In this document: positions 18,239 through 33,327 of the stretch, piece by piece | Layout of the letters: each line of letters opens with the position of its first letter | Position numbering within the stretch: position 1 is the first letter of the stretch | Assembly: GCF_009914755.1 (NCBI RefSeq) | Contig: NC_060945.1 | DNA length: 64,000 nucleotides | Origin: the human T2T-CHM13v2.0 reference genome, Homo sapiens | Strand: one strand, 5' to 3' | Notes under the pieces: generated by a model | The model's input: only the letters and a program-made list of their open reading frames with translations | Databases searched by the model: none | What the model was told of the DNA's origin: nothing | Made by a program: the position numbers and the translations under genes

Positions 18239-20290
18239 AGCCCCAGGTATTTCTGAATGTGAGAGTACACCAGCAAGCTGCGGAGGAGGGTTGGTTGGAA
18301 GACTGTGCAGGGGAAGGCAGACCCTCAGGCCCCTCCTGGGTGCACCAGTGTTGCTGGTGCTGCTCACCTGATCTCTGAATGTCTGCTGCTTGCCCTCCCC
18401 TTCAGAATACTGGATATTTCCTCTCTGACCAGGTGAACCAGAGAGGCTCAGGGCACTGGATCCAGCTGAGGGCAGCAGAATGAAAAGCATGCTCACTGAA
18501 CAGGGAGATAAACCCACCCCATCCAATGGTGTTGAAAAGTATGGTGTAGTCTTGGAGGGACCAGTGTTCCCAAACTTGCAGGATATCACCGGAACCCAAA
18601 CTGGAATTATGGTTTAATGCCTCTCAAAACTGGTGAGCCCACTGTTCTTCTCACATGTATCTCCATATGTGGACGTGCACCAGAGCCTTTTTCTACCCTC
18701 TGAAGGAGAGAAGCGTTCTGTTTAGGGGCTCGTAGAAGAGAGGAACATGAGAAGGCTGAGAAGAGTGGAGGACCCAACAGAGAACTACCATCTCCAGTCT
18801 CCCAGGCTGGGTTGAGCCTCAGCAGAAAAGCGTGTTGACCTCAGCACGGGCAGTGGAAAACCAGACATCCAATGTGTTTGCAAGAAATATTCATTTAGAT
18901 TCACAGAGCTCTTGGTCTAAGCCTAGGATCTTGGTAGGAGAGGGAGGCGGGGGTCTTTGGCCTCTGGGATTCATTGTATCAACCACCAGCAATCTTTGGA
19001 ATGGGCCAGCTGCTCCCTAGGCCAGAGCTGTTAGGGCTGGAGGCGGGGAGGCCATTTGGACAGTTGAAGAACTCTGTAAAACTACCTTATGCACCTGCAG
19101 GTAAAGTCACATTTTGGGGTTATCAAAGTCTAAATTAAATGGTACATAGTATAATTAGTGCTGGATTGGGAAAGAGAAGAATTGCTCATTATATACCCAC
19201 CGCTGTCATTATTGGGACAAAACGATCTTCCACTGGCCCCACCAGAGCCCACCTCTGCAAGGGCCACGGCCAGCATCCTCACCCACAATTGTTGCCTCAC
19301 TCGTGGGTTCTTTCACGTGGCTGTGTGGACCATGTAGGTGACCTCCCCCGTGCTCTCTCTGAGCCACTGTAAAAAAACTGATTCTTCAGTGCATGGGAAG
19401 TTCCTGTGGCCCTGCCGGTTCTCGGACCCGGCCTTGACCCGAAGGGCACTGATGTTCTGCTCAAGTGCAGAAGGGCTGGATTTTGCAGGGTCAGGAAATA
19501 CATTTGTGCAGTGACTACAAGATCCCCCTGACATCTTGGTTTGTGGGAAATGCAGATTTTCTTTTTTCTGTAACTTAAATTTGGCTCTCAAGGCCCCGTT
19601 TCTGCTGGTGGTGGGATACACTGGTATTAATCTTGCCAAGTCAAGGTCAACTCCAGCTATTTGTTATTTAAAGCATAATCCCTTTGAAGTAACTCTTTAG
19701 ACAATTCATCGTTCTCATCAATTCCAGGAGCTTCCCCTCCGTGTCTGCCCACTCCGGTCACCCCCTTTCTTGGCACTGGTGATGGCACTCCTCCAGAAAA
19801 ATGCCACCCTTGTTCTGGCAGGATCTGACTTCCAATCCAGCCCACAGCCTATGACCCCTTGTCCCTCAGCTCAGGGACCCATGGCTGGCATTGTCAACAC
19901 CTCCCTGCCAGGCACCTGGAAATACTCACTCTTTGCCCATATCCCATTGGGCTAGGGCCATCTAAGACCCCATTGAGGGCTGGGTGCATGGTTCACCTTC
20001 TTTCCTGTCCTCCCCCAATTCCTGGGGGCTTCAATGTTTTGTTTTAATAAAGAGCCCATTTCCTCACTCCTGGCTTTGTGGAGCAACCATGAGACCCCAG
20101 GAGGGACCCCAGAGTCTGACTGTGTACACATGGGGGCCATATGCAGGACTTAGATCCATCCTTCACCCAACGAGATTCAATTTCGAAACAGCTCAGATAT
20201 CTCCTCCCTAACAAGTTTAGCCTTCTCCTTGTCCTGTCAAAAGGGAACAGTGTCCTGGTGCCTACTTGATCTGTCAAAAAATCTTTTCCT

Positions 20291-20587
20291 GGCCAGGCAC
20301 GGTGGCTCACGTCTGGAATGCCAGCACTTTGGGAGACTGAGGCACGTGAGTCACTTGAGGTCAGGAGCTCGAGACCAGCCTGGCCAACTTGGTGAAACTC
20401 TGTCTCTACCAAAAATACAAAAATTAGCCAGGCGTGGTGGTGCACACCTGTAATCCCAGCTACTCAGGGGGCTAAGGCAGGAGAATTGCTTGAACCTGGG
20501 AGGCAGAGGTTGCAGTGAGCTGAGATCGCACGACTGTACTCCAGCCTGGGTGACAGAGCAAGGCTCTGCCTCAAAAAAAAAAAAAAA
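20291..20587 (+). mobile_element. Alu (AluSx-like)
   Basis: Full dimer with A-tail. Confidence 0.92.
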
Positions 20588-21039
20588 CTTCCTCATTTTT
20601 TCTCCTTCTTCTTCCCAATTCTGTATTCCTGTTCTGTAAAACGAAGGGGGATTTATCTTTCTGATATCTAATCAGATGCACAAATAGGACAAAAGTCTTG
20701 AGCCCAAAGGAGAGCAAGGTTGGATACGCAAGTTAGATAAGATGGGAGAGGACATCTCTGCAAATGGTGGGACACACAGAAAGTAGCAAAGGCCAAATGA
20801 TAGTGGGTGACAAGCAAGGAGGAGGAATCCAGTCAGTGAGAAAGAGCTGGCAAACTTCAGCAGAAACACGGCTGAAGCACAGCGCTGGCAAAGGGGACTC
20901 TGGCAGGGTATGTGTGCTTGGGACAAATTAGCCTTCAAGTCTACCGTCTCTGAGGGGACACCAGCTGAGGGGAAGCTGACCCTGGCTGCCAGCCCCAAGC
21001 TTTGGGGAGGCCTGTCCTGGGGGTCAGTGGTCCGCTGAC

Positions 21040-21568
21040 TCCCCACCGTGCCCACCTCCTCGGCTTCCCAGCTGCGGTGGCCCAGGGAGGCCTCCTGCCA
21101 TGCCCACCCCCACCAAGCCCCATCTCAGCGCTCCACTGGGGGCTCTTAGCCCAGCCCCCATTGCACCTCTGACGGCAGGAGCTGCAGTGACTCTGGCACC
21201 TGGGTCTGGCCTGGCCGGCCCCACCGCTGGGAACTGCAGTCTAGTCTAGAAGGTCCAGGCAAACTCTGCCCAGGAGAGACAGAGGAAGGAGCCCTCAGAG
21301 AGCTGCTCTCCCTGTCTCCCCATCCCACAGCCTGTCCCAAGCATCAGTGGTTAAAGGTGGCTTCTCCTGAGATGTCTCATGTGCCCGATGTCCTGGGGCG
21401 CTGTGGCCAGCTGAGCAAAGCCCCGCCTAGCACTGACACCCCTCCTTTTCTGCCTCCCTTTCCTTCTCCCCTCACTCTGGCTTCTCTGGGGTTGCACCAA
21501 CCACCACCCCAAAAAGGGATTCACACATAAGCTTTGCTGCAGGCTCTTTTCTAGGGCGCTGAACTAGC
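21040..21568 (+). mobile_element. ERVL LTR (LTR33/LTR16-like), diverged
   Basis: 3' part CCCTCACTCTGGCTTCTCTGGGGTTGCACC...AAGCTTTGCTGCAGGCTCTTTTCTAGGG resembles the LTR end at 11270-11373; 5' boundary uncertain. Confidence 0.5.
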
Positions 21569-21679
21569 TTTGCCTCTGGAAAATGGTGCCTCTCTGCGGA
21601 GGGGCGAGAGGCTGCCTTCTGCAAATTATCACCTCGTTAATTTTCTGGAATGGGTGTAGAGGCATATCATCTGTGTTCA

Positions 21680-22087
21680 TTTCCTTCTACAAACTGGGTG
21701 GCTTAACACAACAGAAATGTATTCTGTCTCAGTCCTGGAGGCCAGAGGTCTGGCAACAAGGTGTACACAGGGCTAGGGCAGGATCCTTCCTTGCCTCTCC
21801 CAGCTTCAGGAGCTCCTGGCACTCCCTGGCATTCCTGGCTTGTGGTTGCATCCCCCTCCTATCTCTGCCTCTGTGTTCACAGCGCCTCCTTCCCTATGTT
21901 TCTGCCCAAGCTGTCTCGGCTTCCCACTTCTAAGGACACTTGGGGTGCCATGTGGGGCCCAGCCAGGTAAGCCAGGATGATCACCTCACCTCGGGATCCT
22001 TAACCGTCACATCCTTTCTCCCAACAAGGTCACATTCACAGGCTCCGGGGATTAGCTTTGGGTGGGGGGCATTTTTCAATCTAGCAT
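21680..22087 (-). mobile_element. MLT1 (MLT1C-like) MaLR LTR
   Basis: AAACTGGGTGGCTTAACACAACAGAAATGTATTCTG...AAGGTCACATTCACAGG. Confidence 0.8.
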
Positions 22088-22898
22088 ACCATCCTCACTC
22101 CCCTGGCTGAAATGTGCAGCAGAGAAAGAGAAAAGAAAGAAAAACAAGTGAAATGCCAACCCAACAATTCTAAAATTCCGAGACGCATGAGCAGGGAAAA
22201 GTGCGATGTTTCCATTTCTAGTGCCTTCTGCGCCACAGGAGAGATCAGACCTTCAGTCTTCATATCGGCATGTGTTATTTCTTCCTTGGGAGAAACAAAG
22301 CGAATCATCCAGTATTGCCGAGTGGAACGGCACACACGTGGGAGGGCTGGGAGTAGCTGGGTGTCCCCGGCTCCTGGTGAGAACCCCCGCCACCCAACCT
22401 CCCCCAGCCTCCCAATGGCTTATTTCAACACCTTTGGGCCAAGAAAGCTGGAGTGGAACTGTCAGTGCCCCCATTTAAAACCCATTTGTGAATGGCTCAT
22501 AAATCACACCCTTAGAAAACTCACTCCTCATTATAATTCTGCAGAGAAAAACTCTGTTCAGCAATTGCAATAAATGTGAGAGTGAGTAGGTTGCTTTTTC
22601 AGCAGGGGGTCATATGGAAGAGGGTTTTGCATTATATTCTTCAGTCTTAATAAAAACAGGAATAATTACGAGCATGTCTCCAAATGTACAAAGTCTCTGC
22701 TGTCAGACTTCACAGTGGCCGCTGAACACAAAGTGTGATTTCGGAGAAGCCAGAAAGGGTCACAATCCCCAAGACCTCAACCTTGCTGACCCAGTGAAGC
22801 AACTAGGTTAAAGTCCCAAATTCTACCATTAGAGCTTCCTTTCTTTGGGTTTGCCCCTGGTCAAAACATTAACATTGCTGGAAGGAGTCACATTTTAA

Positions 22899-23273
<375 letters not shown>

Positions 23274-23399
23274 TAGTGCACGGTGATGCACCAGATAGGA
23301 TAAGGAGACATCATTGAGGGTGAAGATGAACAATCACAGTCCGGGCTGAGTCCCAGGCTATGCCTGGAGAAGGCCTCTGTGAATCTGATTTTATAGAAA

Positions 23400-23500
23400 A
23401 CCTAAAATGTACTAAGTGCCTACTCGACATCCAGGGCTATGTTCTTCCACATAGAGTGTCTCATTTAATCCTCACATTAACCTGTGAGGTAGGCACCAAA
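23400..23500 (-). mobile_element. MIR fragment
   Basis: TCTCATTTAATCCTCAC...CCTGTGAGGTAGG. Confidence 0.7.
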
Positions 23501-24661
23501 GCTCCTCCAGGTGTGAGTGGGATGGGATCTAAAAGGTCGCTCCTAAGTCCACTGTTCTAGTTCAAAATGACACCAAATGAGTTAAGGGTGTATGTCCATA
23601 TAAAGTTAAGTTTTACAAAAGAACTGTAAGTGATAACTTCTATTTCCAGACCATGAAGAACTAGGAGCTTGAGGGACTGACTTACTTCCCAACAAGATCT
23701 CAGACATGACATATTCCTGGAGGTGGAAGTCTTCAGGGATGCCATGAAATAGACAGACACAGACAAAGGAAAGCTGAGCCTGAAAGAGGATGGGGGAGGT
23801 GCAGGAGAGGAAAGGAGGTAGATGATCGCTCCTGTGACCAGAACTGAACAGGAATCACCAGTGACCAGGGCCTCCACACTCAGGAGCTGGTTGAAAGGCA
23901 GGGAGCTGGGGCCGGAGTAACTAACTGAGAATCGGAGTGATCAGAACTGGCCTGAACCTGTGGCAACAGGCCAGGGGGTCAGGTGGTCCCGAGGCAGGGT
24001 CCCATGTGGGGCCTGAATCTGAGATTCTCACTCTATGAAAAATTATTTGAGAGATTCTAAGGTGATCATGAATGGAGGAGAGGGGGCTTCCCCAGCTATT
24101 GGCACAAGCAGAGGTAGTCTCTTTGGAGGAAACTTTTCCCCAAGTTAGTTTTGCAGGAATCCCACAAATTAAAATTATGCATGACTTCACAAGCAAAAAT
24201 TGACAGATACTTGGGAAGGCAAGTCACTATGAATGACAGCTAACCGGGGCAAGAAACATTCCATCCCAAGAACAACAGATGTTCTGTCATTGCGACAAAA
24301 TGCAGAATAGTTAAGTATACAATGTTTAAAGAAGAAAGAATATACTTATAAAGATGAATAAACAAGAAGAAACTATGAAGCATGAATGGATAGAATCAGG
24401 AAAAAAACATAATTAAATTGTAAAAAATGTATTACTATAACTATTAAATTAAAAAACTGAATGGACAAGTTAAACAGTTGATTACACTGTTAAGGAGGGA
24501 ATTAATGAGCTGGAAGATATATTTGAATAACTTATCTGGAATTCAGCAGAGAAATAAAGAGCTGGAAATGTGAAAAATATAAAGGATATGGAGACTAGAA
24601 TGAGGAGGTCTAGCATGGGGCTGGGAAACAATGGCTCATGTGCCAAATCCTGCTGGCCACC

Positions 24662-25037
24662 TGTGATGGTTAATACTGAGTGTCAACTTGATTGGATTGA
24701 AGGATACAAAGTATTAATCCTGGGTGTGTCTGCGTGGGCATTGCCAAAAATGATTAACAGTTGAGTCAGTGGGCTGGGGAAGGTAGATCCACCCTTAATC
24801 TGGTGGGCACCATCTAATCAGCTGCCAGTGAATATAAAGCAGGCAGAAAAACGTGAAAAGGAGAGATGGGCCTTTCTCCTAGGCTGGATGCTTCCTGCCC
24901 TGGAACATCGGACTCCAAGTTCTTCAGTTTTGGGACTCAGACCTGGCTCTCCTTGCTCTTCAGCTTGCAGACGGCCTATTATGGGACCTTTGATCGTGCA
25001 AGTTAATACTTAATAAACTCCCCTATATATATATATG

Positions 25038-25074
<37 letters not shown>

Positions 25075-25116
25075 GCACATATATATATTCTGTCCCTCTA
25101 AGAGAACCCTAATACA
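24662..25116 (+). mobile_element. MLT2A (HERV-L) solo LTR
   Basis: TGTGATGGTTAATACTGAGTGTCAACTTGATTGG...GAGAACCCTAATACA; 5-bp TSD CCACC; internal (TA)n(CA)n. Confidence 0.9.
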
Positions 25117-25279
25117 CCACCTGTCTTTATAAATAAAGTTTTATTGGAAAACAAACTCCTTTGTTTACACACTGCCTTTGGCTTCTGTCACACTGCAAGA
25201 GGGTTGAGTAGAGTTGAGAATGTACATGTCCTTCAAAGCCTAAAATATTTACTCTCTGGCCTTTTACCAAAAAAGTTTG

Positions 25280-25581
25280 GGCCAGTCGTGGTGGCTCATG
25301 CCTGCAATCTCAGCACTTTGGGAGGCTGAGGTGGGAGGATTGCTTGAGCCCAGGAGGTCGAGACCAGCCTAGGGAACATAGTGAGACCCTGTCTCTACAA
25401 AAAAAAAAAAAATTAAAAATTAACTGGGCATGGTGGCACACACCTGTGGTTCCAGCCACTCAGGAGGCTGGGACGAGAGGATTGCTTTCAGTCTGAGAGG
25501 TTGAAGCTGCAGTGAGCCATGATCACACCACTGCAGTCCAGTCTCAGTGACAGTGAGACCCTGTCTCAAAAAAAAAAAAAA
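25280..25581 (+). mobile_element. Alu (AluJ-like) inside MER58A
   Basis: J-type dimer with A-tail. Confidence 0.9.
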
Positions 25582-25763
25582 TTTCCCCTGCTGTAGTCTA
25601 TATCTGACTGGGAACACAGAAGGAAAAAATGGAGAGAAAGGAAGAGAGGCAATATTTTAAAAGGTAATGACTAGATTTTCCCAAACTAATTTAAAACATG
25701 AAGCCACATATCCAGAGAGTACAACATATTCTGAGCAGGCTAAATAAAAGACAGTCATACTGC

Positions 25764-26202
25764 TGTTCTAGGTTGAATTGTATTCCTGCAAAAGATGTTG
25801 AAATTCTAACTCTCAGCACCTGTGAATATGACCTAATTTGGAAATAGGGTCTTTGCAGATGTAATCAAGTTAAGGATCTTGACATGAGACCATTCTGGAT
25901 TTGATATGGGATCCAAATTCAATGATTGATGTCTTCGTACAAAAAAAGCAAAGAGAATGAGAGATCAGTGGTATGAAGACACAGGGAAGAAGCCACGTGA
26001 AAACAAATCCTGCCCAAGCCAAAGAGAGTGTGGGGCCACGAGAAGCTGAAACAGGCAGCAGGAGTTCTCCCCTAGAGCCCTTGGAGGGAGCACGCCTTGA
26101 TTCTAGACTCCTGGCCTTCAGAGCTGTGAGAGAATAAACTTATGTTGTTTAAAGCCACCCAGTTTGTGGTGATTTGTTACGGCAGCCCCAGGGAACAAAC
26201 AC
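25764..26202 (+). mobile_element. MLT1B/C-like LTR
   Basis: TTTGGAAATAGGGTCTTTGCAGATGTAATCAAGTTAAG...AAGCCACCCAGTTTGTGG...ACA, followed by GATTTTGGT (start of MaLR internal sequence). Confidence 0.85.
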
Positions 26203-26229
26203 AGATTTTGGTGTTGATGTGGGAGAATA

Positions 26230-27295
26230 AAAAATGATTCCAAGTTCTTTGTTATTCCCCACACTAAAGAGATACTATTTATTTCCCCTCCTCTTGAATC
26301 TGGGCTGGACCGTGACTGTTTTAACCAACAGAATATGCAGAAGTGATGCTGTATTAGTCCGTTTTCATGCTGCTAATAAAGACATACCTGAGATTGGGTA
26401 ATTTACAAAGGAAAGGGGTTTAACTGGCTCATAGTTCAGCATGGCTGGGGAGGCCTCAGGAAACTTACAATCATGGCAGAAGGGGAAGAAAACATGTCCT
26501 TCTTCACAGGGCAGTAGAAAGGAGAAGAATGAGTGTTCAGTGAAGGGGAAGGCCCCTTATAAAACCATCAGATATCATGAGAACTAATTCACTAATACGA
26601 GAACATGATGGGGGAAATTGCCCCCATGGTTCAATTATCTACACCTGGTCCCTCCTATGACATGTGGGGATTATGGGAACTACAATTCAAGATGAGATTT
26701 GGGTGGGGACACAGCCAAACCATATCAGGTGCCATGCCAGGTCCAGGCCCCAGCCTTCAGAAGCCGTGGCAGAGTCTGCATTTACACTACTGGGAGCCGG
26801 GAGCTGCCACAAAAGAAGTGCAGTGACCCTGCTGAAGAGACCATGTGGAGAAGCCAGAGGAGAGAGAGAGACCATGGGACCACATGGAGGAAGGCAGGCC
26901 CCCAACTCCAGCTAAGCCTGGCCTTCTAGATGCCCCTTCTTCCCACCTCTTTGGAACTGGCTTTGAGTTTTGCCTCACTCCTGTCCCATTCCAGGGCCTG
27001 GTTCTCAGGACTGGAACCCCTAGTGCTTTCTGGGTCCTGGAGCACTTCCTCAGAGGCAGCTCAGAATCAGCCAGTCCTGCCCCAGGGCTTCTGTTACATG
27101 TGGGGAACCATCTTGGATGTCTCTGCCCAGTGGAGCCACTGCAGCTTCAAGCAATGTCATCTGCAGCAGAAGAGCCACCCAGCTCATCCCAGTCAACCCA
27201 CAGAATCATGAGGCATCTATAACCTTGAGGAAGAAGAGACTCTTACAGATATAGGCGTTGTAGGCAAAACCAGGTGTAGATAAATGGCTGGTTCT
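26230..27295 (+). mobile_element. Older MLT1 (F/G/H-like) LTR split by THE1
   Basis: CCCCTCCTCTTGAATCTGGGCTGG...ACCAACAGAATATGCAGAAGTGATGC, and CAGTCAACCCACAGAATCATGAG near the end. Confidence 0.65.
26350..26727 (-). mobile_element. THE1C/D solo LTR
   Basis: TGTATTAGTCCGTTTTCATGCTGC...GGGGACACAGCCAAACCATATCA; TSD GATGC/GGTGC. Confidence 0.9.
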
Positions 27296-27333
27296 TGGTT
27301 GGCTATTCTCAGCAGATGTGCTGATAATAGTAA

Positions 27334-27678
<345 letters not shown>

Positions 27679-27800
27679 TGAGTAGGAGCTTCCCAGAGAA
27701 TCCAGCCAAAAGTTAACCCTTAGGTCTTAGTGTCATATGACTCTAATATTGTTAACACACACAGGAAGGCCTTCTTCTAAATAGTAGTATTAATAAACAC

Positions 27801-28120
<320 letters not shown>

Positions 28121-29199
28121 TAAATCTTACCAAATAAAACATCAAATTATCAAATAAAACAAAACATCAAATTAACAAATACTGAAACAAATCAATCATA
28201 AAAACAAACTCATCGTTAAATACGTGCCTTAGGGCCAGAAACTTGACCACTCTGTGGAACTGTAGAGACAAAGTGGTACTCACTTATGTAACCATGCACA
28301 CCTCATCCCAGAGTCAGAAATAAAAAACACAACATACCTGAGACAAACAAACAAAACAAGGTCACCTAAAATGAGGAAAACCTTGTGCCTTTCCTGTAAG
28401 TTACTCACTCCTCAATGAAACCTTTACCCCAGACTTTTGCAATGCTGCTGCTTAAGGATTTATCAGGACCTTTGTGGATATGACAATTGTGTGATGAATT
28501 TTGTTTCTCTGCCATGCACAGACTACTATAAACTCAGTGGCCTTTGTAATTTTTGCGTTTGTTTACTTTAAATGCCTGTTTTATTTGATGATCCATTTCT
28601 TCTAGCCCCGGAACATCCTTGCAGATCTTTTTCAAGCAAACTTTTTTTTTCCCCAAATGCTTTTGTCTCAAAATCTTCCATTCCCAGAGACTCTGAACTC
28701 AGAGAGGGCAGGCACAGCAGGGGGTGGGGGTGGGCACTGCATGGAAACAGGAGAATTAAGCGAAGATCTATGTCCTGAATAGCCATGTACTCCCACTCAG
28801 CTCCCAGAACATTGAAAATGAGGTGCCTTTTTTCCAGGCAAGAAATTGGAGGATTTGTCTCTGAAGAATCTAAATGGCCTCAGTAAAAATACTGCTGAGA
28901 TTAACAGTTAGGGCCCCCGGTTAAAACAAACAAACAAACAAACAGCCCTCCAATCACCCTGCAGAGAAGCCCAACCACCACATGTCCCAGTAAACTCTGC
29001 AGACCTTCCCTGCAGGCTCCTTCTCTTACAGGAGAACTCTCCAGGATCTTTCCTTTTTTGTTGGTTTGTTTTGTTCTCTATCATATTAGACACCATTCTC
29101 TTACACAGGTTACAGACATTTTTCCCCAGCATTTTAATATGAGATGGTCTCTCACGCGACAGGCAAAAAAACAAACAGGAGAAAAGACAAATGTGGGCA

Positions 29200-29990
29200 G
29201 CAGATGAGAAGCTCAAAAATTAAAAACAAAATTTTTAAAGAGAATACAGTGCATCCATAAAACAAGAACAGAATGATAGAGAAAAAGAGGGCACAATCAG
29301 AGAGCAAGAATGGGCTTTTAGAAAGTAACGATGCATTTGCTAAAATGAAAAATTCAGTAGTCTGATTGGAAGATGGAGTGAAAAAATTATCCCAGAAAGT
29401 AGAACAAAATGACAGAGATAAACCAGAGGAGAAAAAGATAAAAAGAAAAGCAAAAAGTCAATTCAGAAGCCAACATCCAACAACAGGTGGTCTAGAGAAG
29501 ACAGATAATACAGAGAGGAAAAAAAATTAAAGAAGGAAGACCCCAAACAACTGCCACCACTGAAATGCATGATTTTCCAGACTGAATAGGCCAGAGAGTA
29601 CCCAGCACAATGAATGGAGCAAAGCCCCCATAAAGATTGTTTCAAAAAAAAATCTTAAGGTCTTTCACAAGGAAAAAATAGTTTCTATTTCTAAAAATTA
29701 GGATGATATCAACTTCTCAACAGCAACATTGATGCTGGAAGACAGTAAAGCAACAGCTTCAAATACAATTTCCAGACTCTAGAATTATATAACTAGACAA
29801 CAATTCGAGAATGAATGTAGAATGAAGACACAGATTGGCAAAATCCCAAACATGTGGACTCCCATGCATCCTTTCTCAGGAAGCTAATTGAAAATGTGCT
29901 TCTCCAATAAATGATCCAAGTAAGACACGATGAGAGACAGAGAGAGAGAGAGAAACTAACACATGGGAGGCATGAGGTATCACAGCCCAG
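29200..29990 (+). mobile_element. HAL1-like (L1 ORF1-derived) remnant
   Basis: CCCAGAAAGTAGAACAAAA, ACTTCTCAACAGCAACATTG...AAGACA, CCCATGCATCCTTTCTCAGGAAGCTA. Confidence 0.7.
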
Positions 29991-30056
29991 TAGAGTCTGA
30001 TGGGGAATGGCAAATATATGGTCTCAAAGTCACCCACAAAAATACTTACTAATTAC

Positions 30057-30384
<328 letters not shown>

Positions 30385-30399
30385 TAAAAAAAAAGAAGA

Positions 30400-31045
30400 A
30401 GAAGAAGAAGAAAAGAAAATAAACTTACTAATTACAAAGAGAATTGAAACAAATTCCCGGTGGGGAAGACAGATATCACCTTAATCAAATGAGGAAATTT
30501 AACATCAATAGTAATAGGGCCAATGAAAATCATGTACACTTGAAAGGATGCAATGAGAACACAGCGCTCTGGCCAGTGATGCCTCACCTGGATCTAATCA
30601 CAGGCAGCAGCGGACAGAAAGGCAGAGGGGCTGCTTCAGAGCAAAGGAAACTCATGAGACATGACAGCTAAATGAAATACATGATCCGGGATCGGATCCT
30701 GGGTCAGGGAGAAAAAAGTTATAAAGCACCTTGGTGGAAAAATTAATGAACTTCAAAGATTAATTCTGGGTTAAATAATAGCAGTCCTTTGACAGGAAAT
30801 TTTCTAATTTTAATAATTGTATCAAGGTTATGTAAGAGAGTAATCTTGTTCTTAGGAAATATACACTAAAGTATTTGGGGATAAAGGGTAAAGGATATCT
30901 CCAACCTATTTTCAAATGAATCAGAGAGAGAGAAAATGATTCATCAAATGGGAGGAAATGTAAACAATGTGTGAATTTAGGTAGAAGGTACATGAGTGTT
31001 CTTGCAACACTCATGTAAGTTGGGAATTATATAAAAAGTTACTAA
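30400..31045 (+). mobile_element. Old L1 (L1MC/ME-like) 3' region
   Basis: GAGACATGACAGCTAAATG...TGTTCTTAGGAAATATACACTAAAGTATTT. Confidence 0.7.
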
Positions 31046-31117
31046 AAGGCTCATTCATTTTATTATTATTTCATTTCCCCCAAAATTTACATTTTATAGT
31101 TAAAAATGTGGTATTAC

Positions 31118-31425
<308 letters not shown>

Positions 31426-31649
31426 TTACTAAAGGAACCAATGAACTAAAAGGCAATATAACAGAAGTTAAAGAGCATCTACCCAGAGGTAGACAGTAGG
31501 CTAATTAACCTCCCTATACCTCACCTTCCTCATCGGTCAAAGTGACTAATAATAGTACCTATACCATAAATTTTGAGGATTGTATAACGTAAAACGGGTA
31601 GCATCCATACCACCTTATTAAAAAAGCTCATTTTAAGAAACATACCCTT

Positions 31650-31946
31650 GGGCAGGGCAGGGTGGCCCACGCTTCTAATCCTAGCACTTTGGGAGGTCAA
31701 GGTGCGTGGATCGCTTAAGCTCAGAAGTTTGAGACCAGCCTGGGCAACATGGCGAAACCCTGTCTCTACAAAAAATACAAAATCAGTCAGGCATGGTGGC
31801 ATGTGCTGGTAGTCCCAGCTACTCAGGGGGCCGAGGTGGGAGGATAACCTGAGCCTGGGAGACAGAGGTTGCAGTGAGCTGAGATTGTGCCACTGCCCTC
31901 CAGCCTGAGCGACAGAGCCAGAACTTGTCAAAAAGAAGAAAGAAAG

Positions 31947-31997
<51 letters not shown>

Positions 31998-32032
31998 AGA
32001 AAGAAAGAAAGAAGAAAAGAAAAGAAAAGAAA
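31650..32032 (+). mobile_element. AluJ-like element with (GAAA)n tail
   Basis: Dimer 31650-31930; STR 31931-32032. Confidence 0.9.
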
Positions 32033-32914
32033 ACTGTTATGGACATAACCCCTCTCTTGTTCTGGTTGCTCAGATCACAGCATGCAATGTCAATATTGTG
32101 TGGCTTATTTGTGCAGTTTGTTCTTTTATATGCCTGATATTCAAATTTTGTTAAGGATCCTATACAGAAAGAAGGTGACAAGAGCCCCATGTTGCTCTGA
32201 CATGTCCCACTATTTCCCAAGACCTATCTCGTTTTTTCTTTCTTTACATTTCAGAAGCATCCCTGCTCCAAGAGAACAAAGGCAAGCTCATAGACACATC
32301 CTTCTTTGTAAACACAGTAAAGAGGAGGGGAAAAAATAAAAGGCACATCCCTCAATAACTGGGCTCTGGAAGGCAATACACTGGAGATAGTTACCTGTGA
32401 TCTGGAGACATGAACCTAGAATAGAAGAAGTGCCATATTAGATGTCTATTTCCATCTATGAAGAAGTGTCTTAGCAAACTTTGTATTAGGAACAACTACA
32501 CTAGCTGGATAAAATACAAAAGACAGCATTCAGAGTGCCTGAGAGAACAAACAAGACATCCAGATTGGATCCTGGAGAGGTCCTGAGGAAACACATTGAG
32601 GTGAGCCCCATTCTAGCCTCTACTTTTTCCCTCGGAGCATCTGCCGATTTGAAGTACAGGCCACAGGGGATGAATAAAAAGCAGTAGCGGGGAACTTGCA
32701 TCGGTCTCATTGAGAAGGCTGGAAAGAAAAACTATTTGAATGTAGAACTACCAAGGCAGCCAGTACTTGAGGGGCAAAAATTCAGGGGAAGGGGGGACTG
32801 CAGAGATATGAGCTTCACATTCCATGTGGCTTTTGCTATAGGTATTTCCAGCTCAGGACTGAAAAACAAATAGCTGCTGTAAAGAAATTACAAATCAAAA
32901 CAACAACAGTCTTA

Positions 32915-33327
32915 TTGACTTCAAAAATGTACCCCCAAAATTCACGTCTTCCCTAAATCTCAGAAAGCGATATTTGGGCATGTAATAAGTAAGCATCTTG
33001 AGATGAAATCTTCCTGGATTTACAGTGGTCTCTAATCCAATGACTGGTGTCCTTATAGGAAGAGGTGATGACACAGAGACACACAGAGGGGAAGATGTGG
33101 CCAAGGAGACAGAGATTAGAGTGAGGCAGCCACGGCCAAGGAGTGCCTGGGGCCAGGCTGGGAAAGGTAAAGAAGGATTCTTCCATGGGGCCTTCAGAGG
33201 AACCATGGCCTTCCTGACACCTTGATTTCAGAGTTCTAGCTTCCAGAACTGTGAGAGAATAAATTTCTTTTTCAAAAACCACCCCATTTGTGGTAATTTA
33301 CTTACTTCAGCTCCAGGAAACCATACA
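32915..33327 (+). mobile_element. MLT1B/C-like LTR
   Basis: TAATCCAATGACTGGTGTCCTTATA...CCAGAACTGTGAGAGAATAAATTTC. Confidence 0.82.

Larger units (their letters stand above)
24615..25590 (+). mobile_element. MER58A-like hAT-Charlie MITE, interrupted twice
   Basis: GGGGCTGGGAAAC...GCCAAATCC / AAATAAAGTTTTATTGGAA...AAAGCCTAAAATATTTACTCTCTGGCC...CCCCTG. Confidence 0.8.
24200..25760 (+). mobile_element. Ancient L1 ORF1-region remnant (L1ME/HAL1-like), host to nested insertions
   Basis: A-rich AATTAATGAGCTGGAAGATA...AGAATGAGGAGGTCTA, resuming after 25590 with GAGGCAATATTT...TTTTCCCAAACTAAT. Confidence 0.6.
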
